This document shows, piece by piece, positions 24,801-36,587 of a stretch of DNA of 64,000 nt. Position numbers and translations under genes: made by a program. Under the pieces are notes generated by a model that saw only the letters and a list, made by a program, of their open reading frames with translations, did not search any database and was not told where the DNA came from. Source of the DNA: Mytilus trossulus (lineage: Eukaryota); NCBI RefSeq assembly GCF_036588685.1, contig NC_086381.1:39990001-40054000 (forward strand), given 5' to 3'. Position 1 is the stretch's first letter. Every line of letters begins with the position of its first letter.

Positions 24801-27800
24801 ATTCTTACAAACAAGTTGAATGACGACATCAACACTGCCTACATCATTTCTAATTATCATTTCATATTCTCCTAAGTGACTATTTTCTTCTGGAAGAACT
24901 GTAGTTGAAACGGAATATAAATGATCTGTTTTAGCATTAACTGTCCAATATCCCAATTTCCCTCCTGCAGACATTGTCCATACAATGTCTGGCTTTTGAA
25001 AACTATCAATGATCAATTTTATTTTGGTCGGTTGTCCGAGCTCTGCTTCATACTTGTAGTTTGTGAAGTTATCAGCTACAGTGGGTATATCTGATTTAAA
25101 AGAAGAAAAAAAGTCATATTTATCAAACAGGAAAAGGGACAAATGAAATTAGTTAATGCGCATCTTTACACGGTCTCATAACTTCTTTGATTTTCAAATA
25201 TTAGCTATTAATGACGCTTATACTGTACAGTTTCAAAATAATTTTAATTGATAGTAGTAGATAAACTCATCATAGATATCAGGACAATATTTTGTATATA
25301 CGCCAGACGCGCGTTTCGTCTACACAAGACTCATCAGTGACGATCGAATCGCAAAAAGTTAAAAAAGCAAAATAAGTACTAAAAGTTTTGCCAAATCCAT
25401 CTAAGGTAATCTATGCCTGAGGTAGAAACGCCTTAGTATTTCCAAAGTTGTAAATTTTGTAAACAGTTAATTTATACATTGAAATATATAACAATATTAA
25501 TGATAATTCATGTCAGCACAAAAAGTGCTGACTACTGGGTTGGTGATAACCTCGGGGAAATAAATCTCCACCAGCAGTGGCATCGACCCAGTGGTTGTAA
25601 ATAAACTAATCATAGATGTCAGGACAAAATTTTGTATATACGATAGACGCGCGTTTCGTCTACATAAGAATCATCAGTGACGCTTGTTTAATGACAATCG
25701 TATTCATTATTTGTTTTTTTTAATTCTCTCGTTTATCGCAGAACTTTATTGTTGTAATGAAACTACTACCATTCATTTTCGAGGATGTGATCGAATAAAA
25801 AAACGTTTTAACTTATTTATCCTTTTACCATTTGGTTCTGAGAATTTCAAAACTCACATTTGACAGATACATATAAGCTATCTTCGCCAGTTCCTGCACT
25901 GTTTGTCACTTCACAAGTATAAAGTCCAGCTTGATTTCTTTGAACTTTTAACAAAGATAAAAGGTTATGACTTTCTTCAACAATTACTTGTTGGTTAAAT
26001 TTCCAAACCAGATATGTAGGATAGGTTGTTGTGTCATTTAAACAGAGGAGAGTCACGTTGCTGTTTTCTGTTACATTTGGTGACGGTTCTGCAGACACAT
26101 AGACTTTCGGAGTTACTGCAATACAAATAATAAACAACAAAAAAGCTGCAGTTAGTCAATTTCTTTATATTAGATAAGTAATTAGTATTGAAATAGGATG
26201 ATGTACCTTTTGTTGCAACACGTTTCCGTTGTCAGGCAATATCCCATTGCAGTTTTAGAAAAAGCTTAGAACAGTTGTCATATATGTAGCTTTTACAATT
26301 TCATTAAGGTCGACGTTTTGCATTAGTTTATCATAAAATATTATACACGCACTTTAATAGAACCATCAATAACAATTATAGATGTTTTTCATCTGAAAGA
26401 CACACAAAAACCATGTCGATGCAACCTATCACACCTAACTGCAGCATCAAGGCTGCCCCCAAGCATCGAATTTAACGTATAGTTGTCAATACCGCTACAT
26501 CATGTCGAGTTGTACAATGAGGAACAAGCGAGGAAATATCAACAAATGCAGAATATAACTGGCAAAACAATCTAACTATAATGTCCTTTTAAGTAGCTCA
26601 TAACCAACCCGACAGTATCATTAAATTCATAAACAATACAGAGGATGCATGGTAGGTATCAGAATATTTGGGAAAACATAATTGTGAATAATGAATGGAC
26701 AATAAAGTGATAACGGGTTCGACTGCAAACGGTGCTTAGGGTTCTAGTTGTATTTTTGAGAGTATTCAACTAAACAAGTCTATGCAGATATTTAATTTTT
26801 TTTTTTTATATAACAATAATCGGTAAAATTGTTATAAAAACCTTTTACAAAGAGTGGTAATGTTGTTTGGAGTTTGAAGAATCCGTTGTCTGCTATACAG
26901 GTGAAATTTTCCATATGGTCTTCTTTGGAAGGTATAAATATAAACCTAACTACTGTTGTATTCGTAACATTCACAACGTCATCTCCATATAGTAAAGATA
27001 ACGTTGGTTCCGGTAAACCTCCAATTACGGAACAATTTACTTCCATAGCCATTCCTTCATATCCGATTATCCTTTCGAGACTATTGTTTCTGCCTATTAT
27101 AAGGCTGGATGGTATTTCTGCAAAACAATTTAGATAATATTTGTGTGTATGTATTTAAATATTACTTATTGTTGTATAGAGCGTATAAACTAAAATGGGG
27201 AAATCTTATATACGAAGACAAAGACAAGTCAATGCAAATGATGAGATGTAATCACCTATAGATATCTATACGGCCTTCAACAGTTAGAAAATACTATACT
27301 GTATATGCCACTTTAAAAGACATCGACATGAAATAGATATAAATCGAGATTCAGTACTTCAATGGAACAAATACAATACATAAATAGTTTAGTTTAGTTG
27401 TTTGTGTTACAAAATACATGTATAGCTTTGTTTAGTTTTTTTTGTTACATGTACCTTTTCTGACATCAGACTCAGATCTCTTTTACTTAGCTTCACTGTG
27501 TGTATTGCTATGTGTTTCTTTATTTTATATTGGCCAGAGGTGTAGGGGGAGGTTTGCGATCTCACAAAACATTCTCAACCCCGCGGCATTTATGCGCCTG
27601 CCTCTGGCCTTTGCTAGGTTGCAGACATTTTTCGTTGAGTTGGAGACCCATCGGTGGCCTTCGGTTTTCGTTTGCCCTTTTGTCCGGTTGTTGTGTCATT
27701 GACATATTCCCTATTTCCATTCCAAATTTTATACATTCATTGTATAAATCAATATCAGTTTTATATTTTCGCATTAAAGTTCCCTATTGTTCCTCCTGTC

Positions 27801-30114
27801 GTTGGATTTTGCTTACGCACTTTAAATAGATCTAAAACAAAATTGTGGCATTATTTGAGCTGTCTTATATCATCTATTATAAATATATTAAACTGTCAAA
27901 TGAATTATGTGGAATAATTCTATGCTACCATAAGATAAACATTACCAGCTAGAGTAATAATGAATCCATGCTCCGTTGTCTTCCCATCCCTAATGGTATC
28001 ACATTTGAAAAGACCTTGATCGCTTTCAAAAAACATTTCAATATGTAAACTGTAATGTTTTGTCTTCCCTTCTTTTATTATTCTTATGCGTTCATCATTT
28101 TGAAGGTTGTCATTCACGTTCTCATTTATTCCGTACAGCTTTAAATCTGGTGGTCCACGCCATATTATTGCTCCTGTGTCCGACAAAAATGGACATGTTA
28201 AAAGGACTGTTGAGTTGACCTTGACATAGATTATATCACTTGAATCTCCTAAACGTAAATCAGTTATAATTAGCATGAGGCTTGCATTATTTAACAAACA
28301 ATGTAACATACAACCAACATTAAATGTGTATTTCAAGTTAATATGTTTTTTGCATCGGCTGCAACTGAAGTCGCCAAATACCAAATGATGGGGTGCGATT
28401 CAAATCGGAAAAGGCAGTGGTGTTATGATGTGAATTTCTCACATAATATGAGCTATAGGTTAAATATAGTCGGTATATGGGCTTCGCATGTCCGTCTTAC
28501 AGGGTTCATCTGACCTTGATCTTAGTTCATTAAACAGCTATCGAAGATAAAAGTTTAGTCCGTATCACAGATACTATTATAAGCAATATGTCAACTAAAT
28601 TATGGGGAATTGATTGATTGTAAGGTGTTCAAATGTATATAATATCTGTCAGACAGGGTTCATATGACTCGTCCTCATTTTCATGGTTCATTGGGTAATT
28701 TTGATCATTTGTCAACGGTAAGCTTGACAATCAAAGTGAAAAATCGTTCAACATAAAATAACAGACCTTTACCTTACATATATTTCTTGCAAAAGACCGA
28801 AAAATACCAAACAGACCTATTCTTTGTAATATTTTGTTTTTGACTAGCACAGTATACCATCAATTTTCAAAATACTTAAATAAAGGAAACTGTAATATAC
28901 CGCTGTTCGAAATTCACAAATCGATAGAGAAAAAACAAATCCGGGTTACAAACTAAAACTGAAGGAAGCGTCAATTATAAGAGAACTGCGACACAACAGA
29001 TTCACAATATTTAAATGTAACACACACAGACACGAACTTTAATATAACAGTGGCCATTTTCCTGACTTTGAACAGGGCATTTTAAGAAAACAAATGGTGG
29101 GTTGAACCTGGTTTTGTGGCATGCCAAACCTCCTGCTTAAATGGCATTCGCAATGTTAATAATAATATTAAAATTACAACATTACATGACAGGACTACCA
29201 TTCAAACAAATTTGAGAAAATATAGGACAGAGAATCAAACGAATAATAGCCAACGAAAAGTACCAGGTTAAAAATTTAATACGCCAGACGCGCGCCACGT
29301 CCACACAAGACTAACCAGCGACACTCAGATGAAAAAAGTTTGTAAGCCAAAACAGGTCCAAGTTGACTATTGCGGAGGACCAAAAGTTCCAAAAAGGTGT
29401 GACCAATGCGGTCAGGGTAATCCTTATTATTTAAAATAATTCACACTTTTGCAAACAGTAAATTTTATAAAATGACTATATAATAGATATACATGTTTAT
29501 AATGAAGTGGTGACTAGCTACATAATAAAAAGGGATACATTACAAAATTACACAGCCGCGTTATGCAAAGCCAGTGCAACGCACAAAGTACAAAGTGACG
29601 TTACACTTGAATTTCTAAAACGAGTTCCCAAAATTAAGAAAGAATCTGGAGGAAATTCAAGATTAGATTTGTATGACTTATTTAACATTTATAAATAACA
29701 GGGAAAATTACAATACTAATTAATATCAAATTGTAGTAGTAATAAGTAGATAAATTAATTAATTGTATTATCTAGCTATGTCGGTGTTTCTGATGGTTTT
29801 GAGATATTTGGAAAGAACGATTTCATATCTTCATTCTTTTGTAAAACTTTACGAAAACCATTTAATTCTAAACTGCATCTATGATGTTAATAAACAACAC
29901 TAAATTTGGAAGAATGAAATCTAAGTAGATATTTTGATGTATTTTTTTAAAAGAATATCTAAGACAAGGTAGGCGTGGTTAAATTGAATTAGTTTATTGA
30001 AGTTACAGGAAGATAAGTATGTATTGCATACACACTGGTTTTGTAGATACCTTTAAATCGTAATATGCATACGCTGATCAGTATAACTAGAATGGTTCCA
30101 TGGTGACGCATCAT
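15675..30114 (-). CDS. Multi-exon immunoglobulin-superfamily type I membrane receptor (signal peptide, 6 Ig-like domains, TM, Tyr-motif cytoplasmic tail; ~763 aa; nephrin/hemicentin-like annotation class)
   Basis: Phase-consistent GT-AG exons: 30051-30114 (MMRHHGTILVILISVCILRFKG), 27946-28248, 26842-27117, 25858-26115, 24809-25090, 24146-24427, 22138-22509 (all phase 1-1), TM 21366-21486, optional 20050-20070, 17950-17997, 16744-16797, 15675-15885. Total 2292 nt with no internal stop. AATAAA at 15543-15548. Confidence 0.85.
18180..18223 (-). ncRNA. Type I hammerhead ribozyme (family A copy 1)
   Basis: GCAUCA-CUGAAGA-GACA uguau UGUC-GAAA-UGCGCA-UC^UGGUGC. Confidence 0.9.
18535..18578 (-). ncRNA. 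Type I hammerhead ribozyme (family A copy 2)
   Basis: Identical core and stems to copy 1. Confidence 0.9.
18885..18928 (-). ncRNA. Type I hammerhead ribozyme (family A copy 3)
   Basis: Identical core and stems to copy 1. Confidence 0.9.
19236..19279 (-). ncRNA. Type I hammerhead ribozyme (family A copy 4)
   Basis: Identical core and stems to copy 1. Confidence 0.9.
21366..21486 (-). CDS. IgSF receptor exon: transmembrane helix
   Basis: YAYGTVGAFLGLTIIVVFIVVVYR; TTGTAG acceptor. The donor AA|GTATAA gives the phase 2 required by the downstream exons. Confidence 0.8.
22138..22509 (-). CDS. IgSF receptor exon: Ig-like domain 6 plus stalk
   Basis: GLPVF...FYSKPEPIQIKW...YTCSVRNHFG; TGCAG acceptor. 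Confidence 0.8.
22723..23662. repeat. Intronic tandem duplications (~350-400-bp unit x2, followed by 102-bp unit x2)
   Basis: CATAATTCACTTTGCCTTC at 22723 and 23069; AGGGAACAAAGGAACG at 23459 and 23561. Confidence 0.85.
24146..24427 (-). CDS. IgSF receptor exon: Ig domain 5
   Basis: SVELTC...KWIH...DTGTYVCEW; TCAG acceptor and GTAAGA donor. Confidence 0.85.
24809..25090 (-). CDS. IgSF receptor exon: Cys-less Ig-like domain 4
   Basis: AELGQPTKI...PDIVWT...GEYEMIIRNDVGS; TCAG acceptor and GTAAGA donor. Confidence 0.82.
25301..25342 (-). ncRNA. Type I hammerhead ribozyme (family B, intact)
   Basis: CGUCA-CUGAUGA-GUCU ugugu AGAC-GAAA-CGCGCG-UC^UGGCG. Confidence 0.88.
25641..25682 (-). ncRNA. 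Type I hammerhead ribozyme (family B, stems I/II mutated)
   Basis: CUGAUGA and GAAA are intact, but the first stem II pair and part of stem I are disrupted. Confidence 0.6.
25858..26115 (-). CDS. IgSF receptor exon: Ig domain 3
   Basis: ENSNVTLLC...WKFN...QAGLYTCEVTNSAG; TGCAG acceptor and GTGAGT donor. Confidence 0.88.
26842..27117 (-). CDS. IgSF receptor exon: Ig domain 2 (C2/CD80-like)
   Basis: EVNCSVIGGLPEPTLSL...PSKEDHMENFTCIADN; TTGCAG acceptor, weak donor. Confidence 0.8.
27946..28248 (-). CDS. IgSF receptor exon: Ig domain 1 (V/I-type)
   Basis: VLLTCP...IIWRGPP...YSLHI...SDQGLFKC; TTTAG acceptor and G|GTAATG donor. Confidence 0.85.
28878..29660 (-). mobile_element. Penelope-like element 3'-region remnant with decayed hammerhead (~29281-29325)
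   Basis: Homologous to 31671-32620 (AAATAAAGG..AC.GTA.TATACCGCTGTTC; GGTGGGTTGAACCT.GTTTTGTGGCATGCCAAACCTC). Confidence 0.65.
30051..30114 (-). CDS. IgSF receptor exon: signal peptide
   Basis: Hydrophobic N-terminus, phase-1 donor AAG|GTATCT, and an upstream acceptor at 30139-30140. Confidence 0.7.
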
Positions 30115-31670
30115 AACATTCAAAGCAAATCCATTCAACTAAAAGAAATAAATCACAGTAAAAGATACGAATGTTGAATTTCACTTTCATCAAGACAACT
30201 TTTATTCTCCAAATGTATGCCGAATTCGTGGGAATTCATGCAATATATACGACCATTGGTAGTTTTGTAGATTTTGAAGACCTCAAAAAGATTAAAAAAT
30301 GTATGATTGCCAATGAGATAACAAACAACAACAATCCAGAAGAGACTTAATGAAGCAGATGTAAGCTGACCGATTGTCCATCGAAAAACTTTGTAAAAAT
30401 TAAAGACTCAATACAATTACTAGTATTTATACATCAAGATAATGATTACCAGCATAAACATTAATTTCAAAGAAAACAGCTGCAAGTACGTAGTATATGG
30501 AAAAAAATTATAAACATAATTATTGTTATTGATAGTCAAATAATGGAATAAAACAAAATTATAAAATCTTATATCTCCCAGCTGCTCTGTCTAAAGTCAT
30601 TGCTTGAAAGTAATCCCTTTTAAAACCTTGAAAACAGCTCGCTAATAACAGCTATTTGTATATAATTAAATGCTTAGAATGGAAGCAACTATAATTTTAA
30701 GAAGACAGTAATGCGTTTTAAATTTGACTTGCAATGAGGTGTGAGTTGGATTTTTTGCTTTGTGTTGAAGGCCTTACTGTGACTTCCAGATGAAAAACAG
30801 CAATAAAAGTGACGTGTGACCTTATGTGTTTTTTCTGTGCCTTATAATGATTTTGTGAACGTCATTGAAGAATGTCCCATATCCTTTCTCTTCTATAAAC
30901 TTACAAATAAACCTAAAGAAATACCAATGGATGTGTAACTGCTTTTGTTGTTTGTCCTAAATATTTCATGAATTAATATTAGATGAAAAAAGCAGGAATT
31001 ATATAAAGACATAAATCATCCCATTGGACGAATATTTCTAGCTATCAGATATATATTCTCTTCAATTTAAACATTTTAAGACCAGACAAATACACTAGAA
31101 AACTAAGTCAGATCATTTGAAGTTAGTACTAGGTGTGTAATATGATGTAACAATATCAAAGAAAGCTAATAATAGAATTCAAACATGAGGTGAATTTAGA
31201 TGGTAATACATTATCACTTACTCTATATATCAAGGTATAGTTTCAACTTCCCTTTTCCAAGAATTAGTTGAACGTGTGATAGAGGTTCAAAACAATCAGG
31301 AAATATTAATTCATTTTTATTTTGACCTTCATGTTCGATTGTTTTCCTCTAGAACCATGAACGGAAATTGTTATTTGCATTAAATATATCTAATTCTAAA
31401 ATGTATTCCTGCAGCAAACCGGATGATAGCATTTGAATAATAACTCATAACATCCTGTTTTAAACCTATCGAGATACCAACTGTGAAATATTTCATTACA
31501 ACATCAAGACTGTATAACGAATGAATGTCTCAGTATATCATAGTTATATCTATATGACATTATAAGATTGGTATGATTTACATTGAAACAATTATCAATC
31601 AAGGACCAAAAAACCAAACGTCACTGCACGGGTTAAACAACGAGTTAAACTCATACCGTACAAAAATTAT

Positions 31671-34022
31671 AAATAAAGGCAACAGTAGTATACCGCTGTT
31701 CAAAACTCATAAATCCATGGACAAAAAATAAAATCGGGGTATAACGAACTAAAACCGATGGAAACGCATTAAATATAAGAGGAGAACAACGACACAACAC
31801 TGAAATGTAACACACACAGAAACGGACCAAGCATCAGACAAAATCCCACGAGAATAACAAATATAACATCAAAACCAAATACATGAATTTGGGATAGACA
31901 AGTACCATGACACGTCTTATCGCAATGTGAATTACACTAAAAAAAAGAGAGAAAACAAACGACGCAACGTTAAAATGTAACACACACAGAAACGAACAAT
32001 AATATAACAATGGCCATCTTCCTGACTTGGCACAGGACATTTTTAATGGGAAAAAAATGGTGGGTTGAACCTAGTTTTGTGGCATGCCAAACCTCGCACT
32101 TTAATGGCAATGTTAAATAAAACATTGAAATGACAACATAATATAACGGGACTACAATACAAATAAATAGGAGAACATATTCGACAAAGAAACACATGAT
32201 TAATAGATAACAAAATTCATCAGGTTTAAAATTCATAAGGCCAAAAACGCGCCTCGTTCACACAAGACTAGACGACAGAAGACGCCCAGGTATAAAAGAT
32301 TGAAAGTGAAAAAAAGTACAAAGTTGTACAGCACTGAAGATCAAAAGTTGAAAAAAGGTTGTGTCAAATACGGCTATGTTTTTATACTAGGGATAAGAAC
32401 ATCCTTATTATTTGGAACAGTTAAAGCTATTGCAAACAGTAAATTTAATCAAATGAATATAAAACAGATATACATAATGAAACTGAAGTATTAACTAATT
32501 ACAGAAAATTAAACCTGAATACATAATGCTAAGACTAACACAGAATAGACACACCCGATTCAGTCCAGGCCTCAACGCAATAAATTAAAAATGACGTCAC
32601 ATACGATTGAGAAAAGGCAGAACAAATAAGTCACATTTGAATTTATGAAATTTCTGAAACAGCGTAAAAATGACGTCACAGATGAAAAACTATAATTCAA
32701 ATGTAAGATGGAATTAGGACAGATTTAAGATTATATTAGAACTAAATACTGATATCACATTTAAACACAATGCATATTGCAATACTTATTAATAGCAATT
32801 AACTATAATATATATATGTTCAGTTTGTTATGAATCAAACTTCAAACGTAATTTTTCGTACAGATTACGTTGAACAAAATTAAATTTAATAAATAAAGCG
32901 GTGATTAATTTTTCTTTACATAACACATAAATATAATAGAAAAAGACGTCAACACATTTGACAAAATCCGATGAGAATTACAAATATAACATTAAACATT
33001 TAAACTAAATACATGAATTTGGGATAGACAAGTACCGTAACACGTCTCATAGTAATGCGAATTCACATTCAGCAAAACAGTCACAATCGGGAATAAGTCA
33101 CGTTATTTAATTAAAAGATTTAACGACAAAGTGACAAACCACAATCTACCATATGGTAAAAATGTCCTTAGCTAGTTTGGTTAAAGACACATCGTATGGA
33201 TCCACCAATTCGTGATGGTGTCCATAAAATTTACGGAGTGTCAATTTTAATCTGTCCTCCTAATAACTTTGTTGGAGCAGTTTCTGCGTAAGGAGCACAC
33301 TCCTGTATATGAAATCCGTATAGTGTGAACAAGTACGTGAATAACGTATCAATTGTGATATGTAAACACCATACGAAGGGGCAGAGAGTATGTTACTGCT
33401 GAGAATTGGGAAATTGATAATTGGGAAGTTGAAATCGTCCCGTTTATCATAGATTTTAGTGTGAAGTCATCCATCTTCGTCAATATTGAGGAAAAGATCA
33501 AGGTATGAAGCAGTCCTTTTAGTATCAGTAGTATCCTTAATTTCAAGTTCACTGGGATATATGAGATGTAAGTATTGGCTTAAGTATGGGTTATTCAATG
33601 ATAGAACATCATCAATATATCGGAAAGTAAAATTAAAGAATTTCGCAAGGTGCTTTTTCTTTTTGTCTTTTAGAAGGTTTTGAATGAATTCTGCTTCATA
33701 CGAGTACAAAAACAAATCAGCCAGCAGGGGTGCACAATTAGTACCCATTGGAACCTGTCTGTTGAAATATAAATCCTCCAAACTCAACAAATATATTTTC
33801 GATCAAAAAGTCCAGCATTTTGATAATATCATCTTCAGTATATTTTCTGGCAGATTCAGTGTGATTCTTCACCAAATATGAATTATTGTAACCCAAAACA
33901 AGAAATTTGTATCTACGATTCCCATTTTTATAGAAAAAGCTCTGTTTTATGAGATGGTGAAGTCGATCTTTCAACTGAGCATGGGGAATAGTAGTATATA
34001 GCGTAGAAAAATCAAAAGTTTA
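31671..34022 (-). mobile_element. 5'-truncated Penelope-like retroelement (Naiad/Chlamys-type RT) with long 3' region
   Basis: RT remnant at 33146-34022. The 3' non-coding region is shared with 28878-29660 and includes a decayed hammerhead unit at ~32240-32500. Confidence 0.75.
33146..34022 (-). pseudogene. Reverse transcriptase remnant (Penelope-like)
   Basis: FDFSTLYTTIPH, PMGTNCAPLLADLFLY, FRYIDDVL, SYLDL, YDKRDDFNF, YGVYISQLIRY motifs. One frameshift (~33750) and two in-frame stops (~33467, ~33270). The ORF ends without a C-terminal GIY-YIG domain. Confidence 0.9.
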
Positions 34023-36587
34023 TAAGACTCCGACATGAACAATTTATAGAACAATTCAAAGTAAAAACATCAACAGCCTGATTAAGTACAAAGAAATAAA
34101 CATAAAACAGATATGATAAACAGTGAACAACGACAATCACTGAATTACAGGATTCGACACATTCAGAATGTCGCAGTATCAAACATATTTTCGATTGTCA
34201 CTGATGTAAAAGAATCGTATTAGAATAACCGTGACATGCATGATCAACACAAAGGGTTCCTATATGTGGAGATGAAACAATTTTGGAACACCTGAGTTTA
34301 AACCCCGTTTGTTTTAATAGAGTTCTTAATTTTCTTTGTAGCTACTGTTTAAATAGTTCGTTTGTTCGTCGTATATTTTTGGGGTTAAGTTTTTCTTACG
34401 ATTTTGCTTGCTGAGTGTTTTGTATATGCAACTTTCTGTGTTTCCTTTGTTCTTATAACGTGGCTCTGTACTTTAAAAGCTCCCATCATTATGTTATTGT
34501 TCAATTATATGTCATGATGTTATTGTTTTATTATAAATTGGAAAATACGTTGAATGACAAACGACAAAAATAATAACCGTATGTGGATTTTTTTTAAATT
34601 CTAAAAAAATGGACAATTTTAAATCTCGGTCTATTTCTGAAATGAATACTAATTTTAGGTTTGATTTTTTAACCCTATATACCAACATTCCCCATGTGAA
34701 ATTGTTTTGAATAGACAATGAACTTCCTATGTGACATTTACATTTTCTGACGTCATACACGCGAATCAATGAATGTTGGTTTTTTTAATTTGATAGATGC
34801 TTATATGCTTTTTTGTAAATGATTGTTTGTTTTGAGATTGGGCCATTCCAGTTAATGTATGCAAAAGAGGGATGGATGGTCCTACCTGAGGGGTGTAAAT
34901 TTTTTATACCTAAGGTGTGAATTTTGGTGGTTTTTTTTGTCTGACACCTAGTATTATACGCAACAAACTTCTAAGGGTCTTTCAGCAAACATTTGATTTA
35001 TTTGTGGTTACTTTCGTTTGTTTTGGTGTTCGTTTGTTTAATGAGTATGTATATTTTGTTTATATAGTACATTGTGTATCAAGAATTACCATTGGAGAAA
35101 TATTATGTTTCAAACTTCGTATCTGGAGTATACAAAACAGAACTGCATTGTTGGTACTTGTTCGCTAACTAAACCAATGGTCATGTTAGTTTTTTAGAGC
35201 AAATTCTAAAGACATTCTGGATAATTTCAAATCTCGGAATGTTTTTGAAATGTATTCTAACATAACTTTTGATTTGTTAACCCTGCACACCACCAGTCCT
35301 CATATGAAATTATAATTGTCTGGTTTATACATTGAACGACAAAAGTTCTTCCTATGTGACGCTTACATTTCCTGACGCCAAACACGCCAAACAATGTTTT
35401 TTTTTTAATTTGATAGATGCTTTTTGTGCTTTTTTGTAAATATTTGTTTGTTTTTAGATTGTAACACAGTGGTGACTGCTGTAACCATATTTTGACTATT
35501 TTACCTATTATGTCTGTTTTGTTCACACATCGATGTATAAAATAACGTAATTTGATGCGACTGTCATACCAGTGAGAGGTATACCGCTATAATACCAGGT
35601 TCAATCCATCATTTTTTTCATTTGAAAATCTATGTACCGAGTCAGGAATATGACAGTTGTTGTCCATTCATTTGATATGTTTTATCATTTGATTTTTCTA
35701 TTTGATTAGGGACTTAAATTAGGGTTTTTAATTTTCCTCGGAGTTCAATATTTTTATGATTTTACTTTTTACCCGGACGCAGAACCTGGCTATCTTAACT
35801 AATTCTTTGAACCAAGTCTTGATACCTTATTTTGTATAACACCGTGAAGGTATTTATTAATTAATCTCAGATTGATTGGACGATAGTCAGTATATTTCTC
35901 GTAATCAAACATTTATCCGCATCCGAACGTGTCTGTTTTTCACCACTGCCGGAAAACATGCCTCAAACTCCCCTCTTTGTCGTGGTATTTGCCATTTTGG
36001 ATACTCCATTATTACCCTCGCAAGGCATATCCCACAAAAAACCATGCTCACCTTATCCCGATTATTAAGGCAACATGATTTGATTGATAGAGGTAATCCC
36101 AAACCCATTGACTGGTATTTTTGGCAAATGCATCTCCATAAAATGATATATCTGTTCAAAAACACATTTGCACTAGTCAATAAATATGAAACATATTCAT
36201 GTGCTTTGTATTGGTAATTTGTTTGAAATTGTTTGATCTAAAGCGTATTAATATTTTTTTCAAAATAGATTATGATCTAAATAAAGTAAAAAATAAATGA
36301 AATGAAAAAAATACATTTTATTTAACATATAACAACATTTTAAAAATGAACAAAATTAGCAGAACATTTTCATCAATAAAACAAAATTTAATAGTCAGTA
36401 CAATGAATACAATTCTTATATACAAAAATGCCCGTTGAAATTTAACATATACATGTAATTAAGTTAACAATTTATATGTGAAATTGGGGAACAACGAAAA
36501 CTAGAAGGAAAAATACCAATACTATGTAAAAAAATACGGATTTATGTTTTAAATTACAAAAAAAGATTTATAAATCTCAATCGTCCA

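Larger units (their letters stand above)
25255..25684 (-). mobile_element. Retrozyme-like element, family B (340-bp unit bounded by two hammerheads)
   Basis: Direct repeats containing hammerheads at 25301-25342 and 25641-25682. Shares a conserved internal domain with family A. Confidence 0.85.

Noticed and set aside
31216-31335. Signal-peptide exon for the six-Ig gene at the GTAAGT donor near 31221
   Set aside because: Stops in all useful frames. A proper signal exon exists at 30051-30114, so this is at most a 5' UTR exon.
33465-33470. In-frame TGA in the Penelope-like RT as selenocysteine
   Set aside because: It falls in a DG-x-L context best explained by CGA>TGA decay, and the copy also has a TAG and a frameshift.
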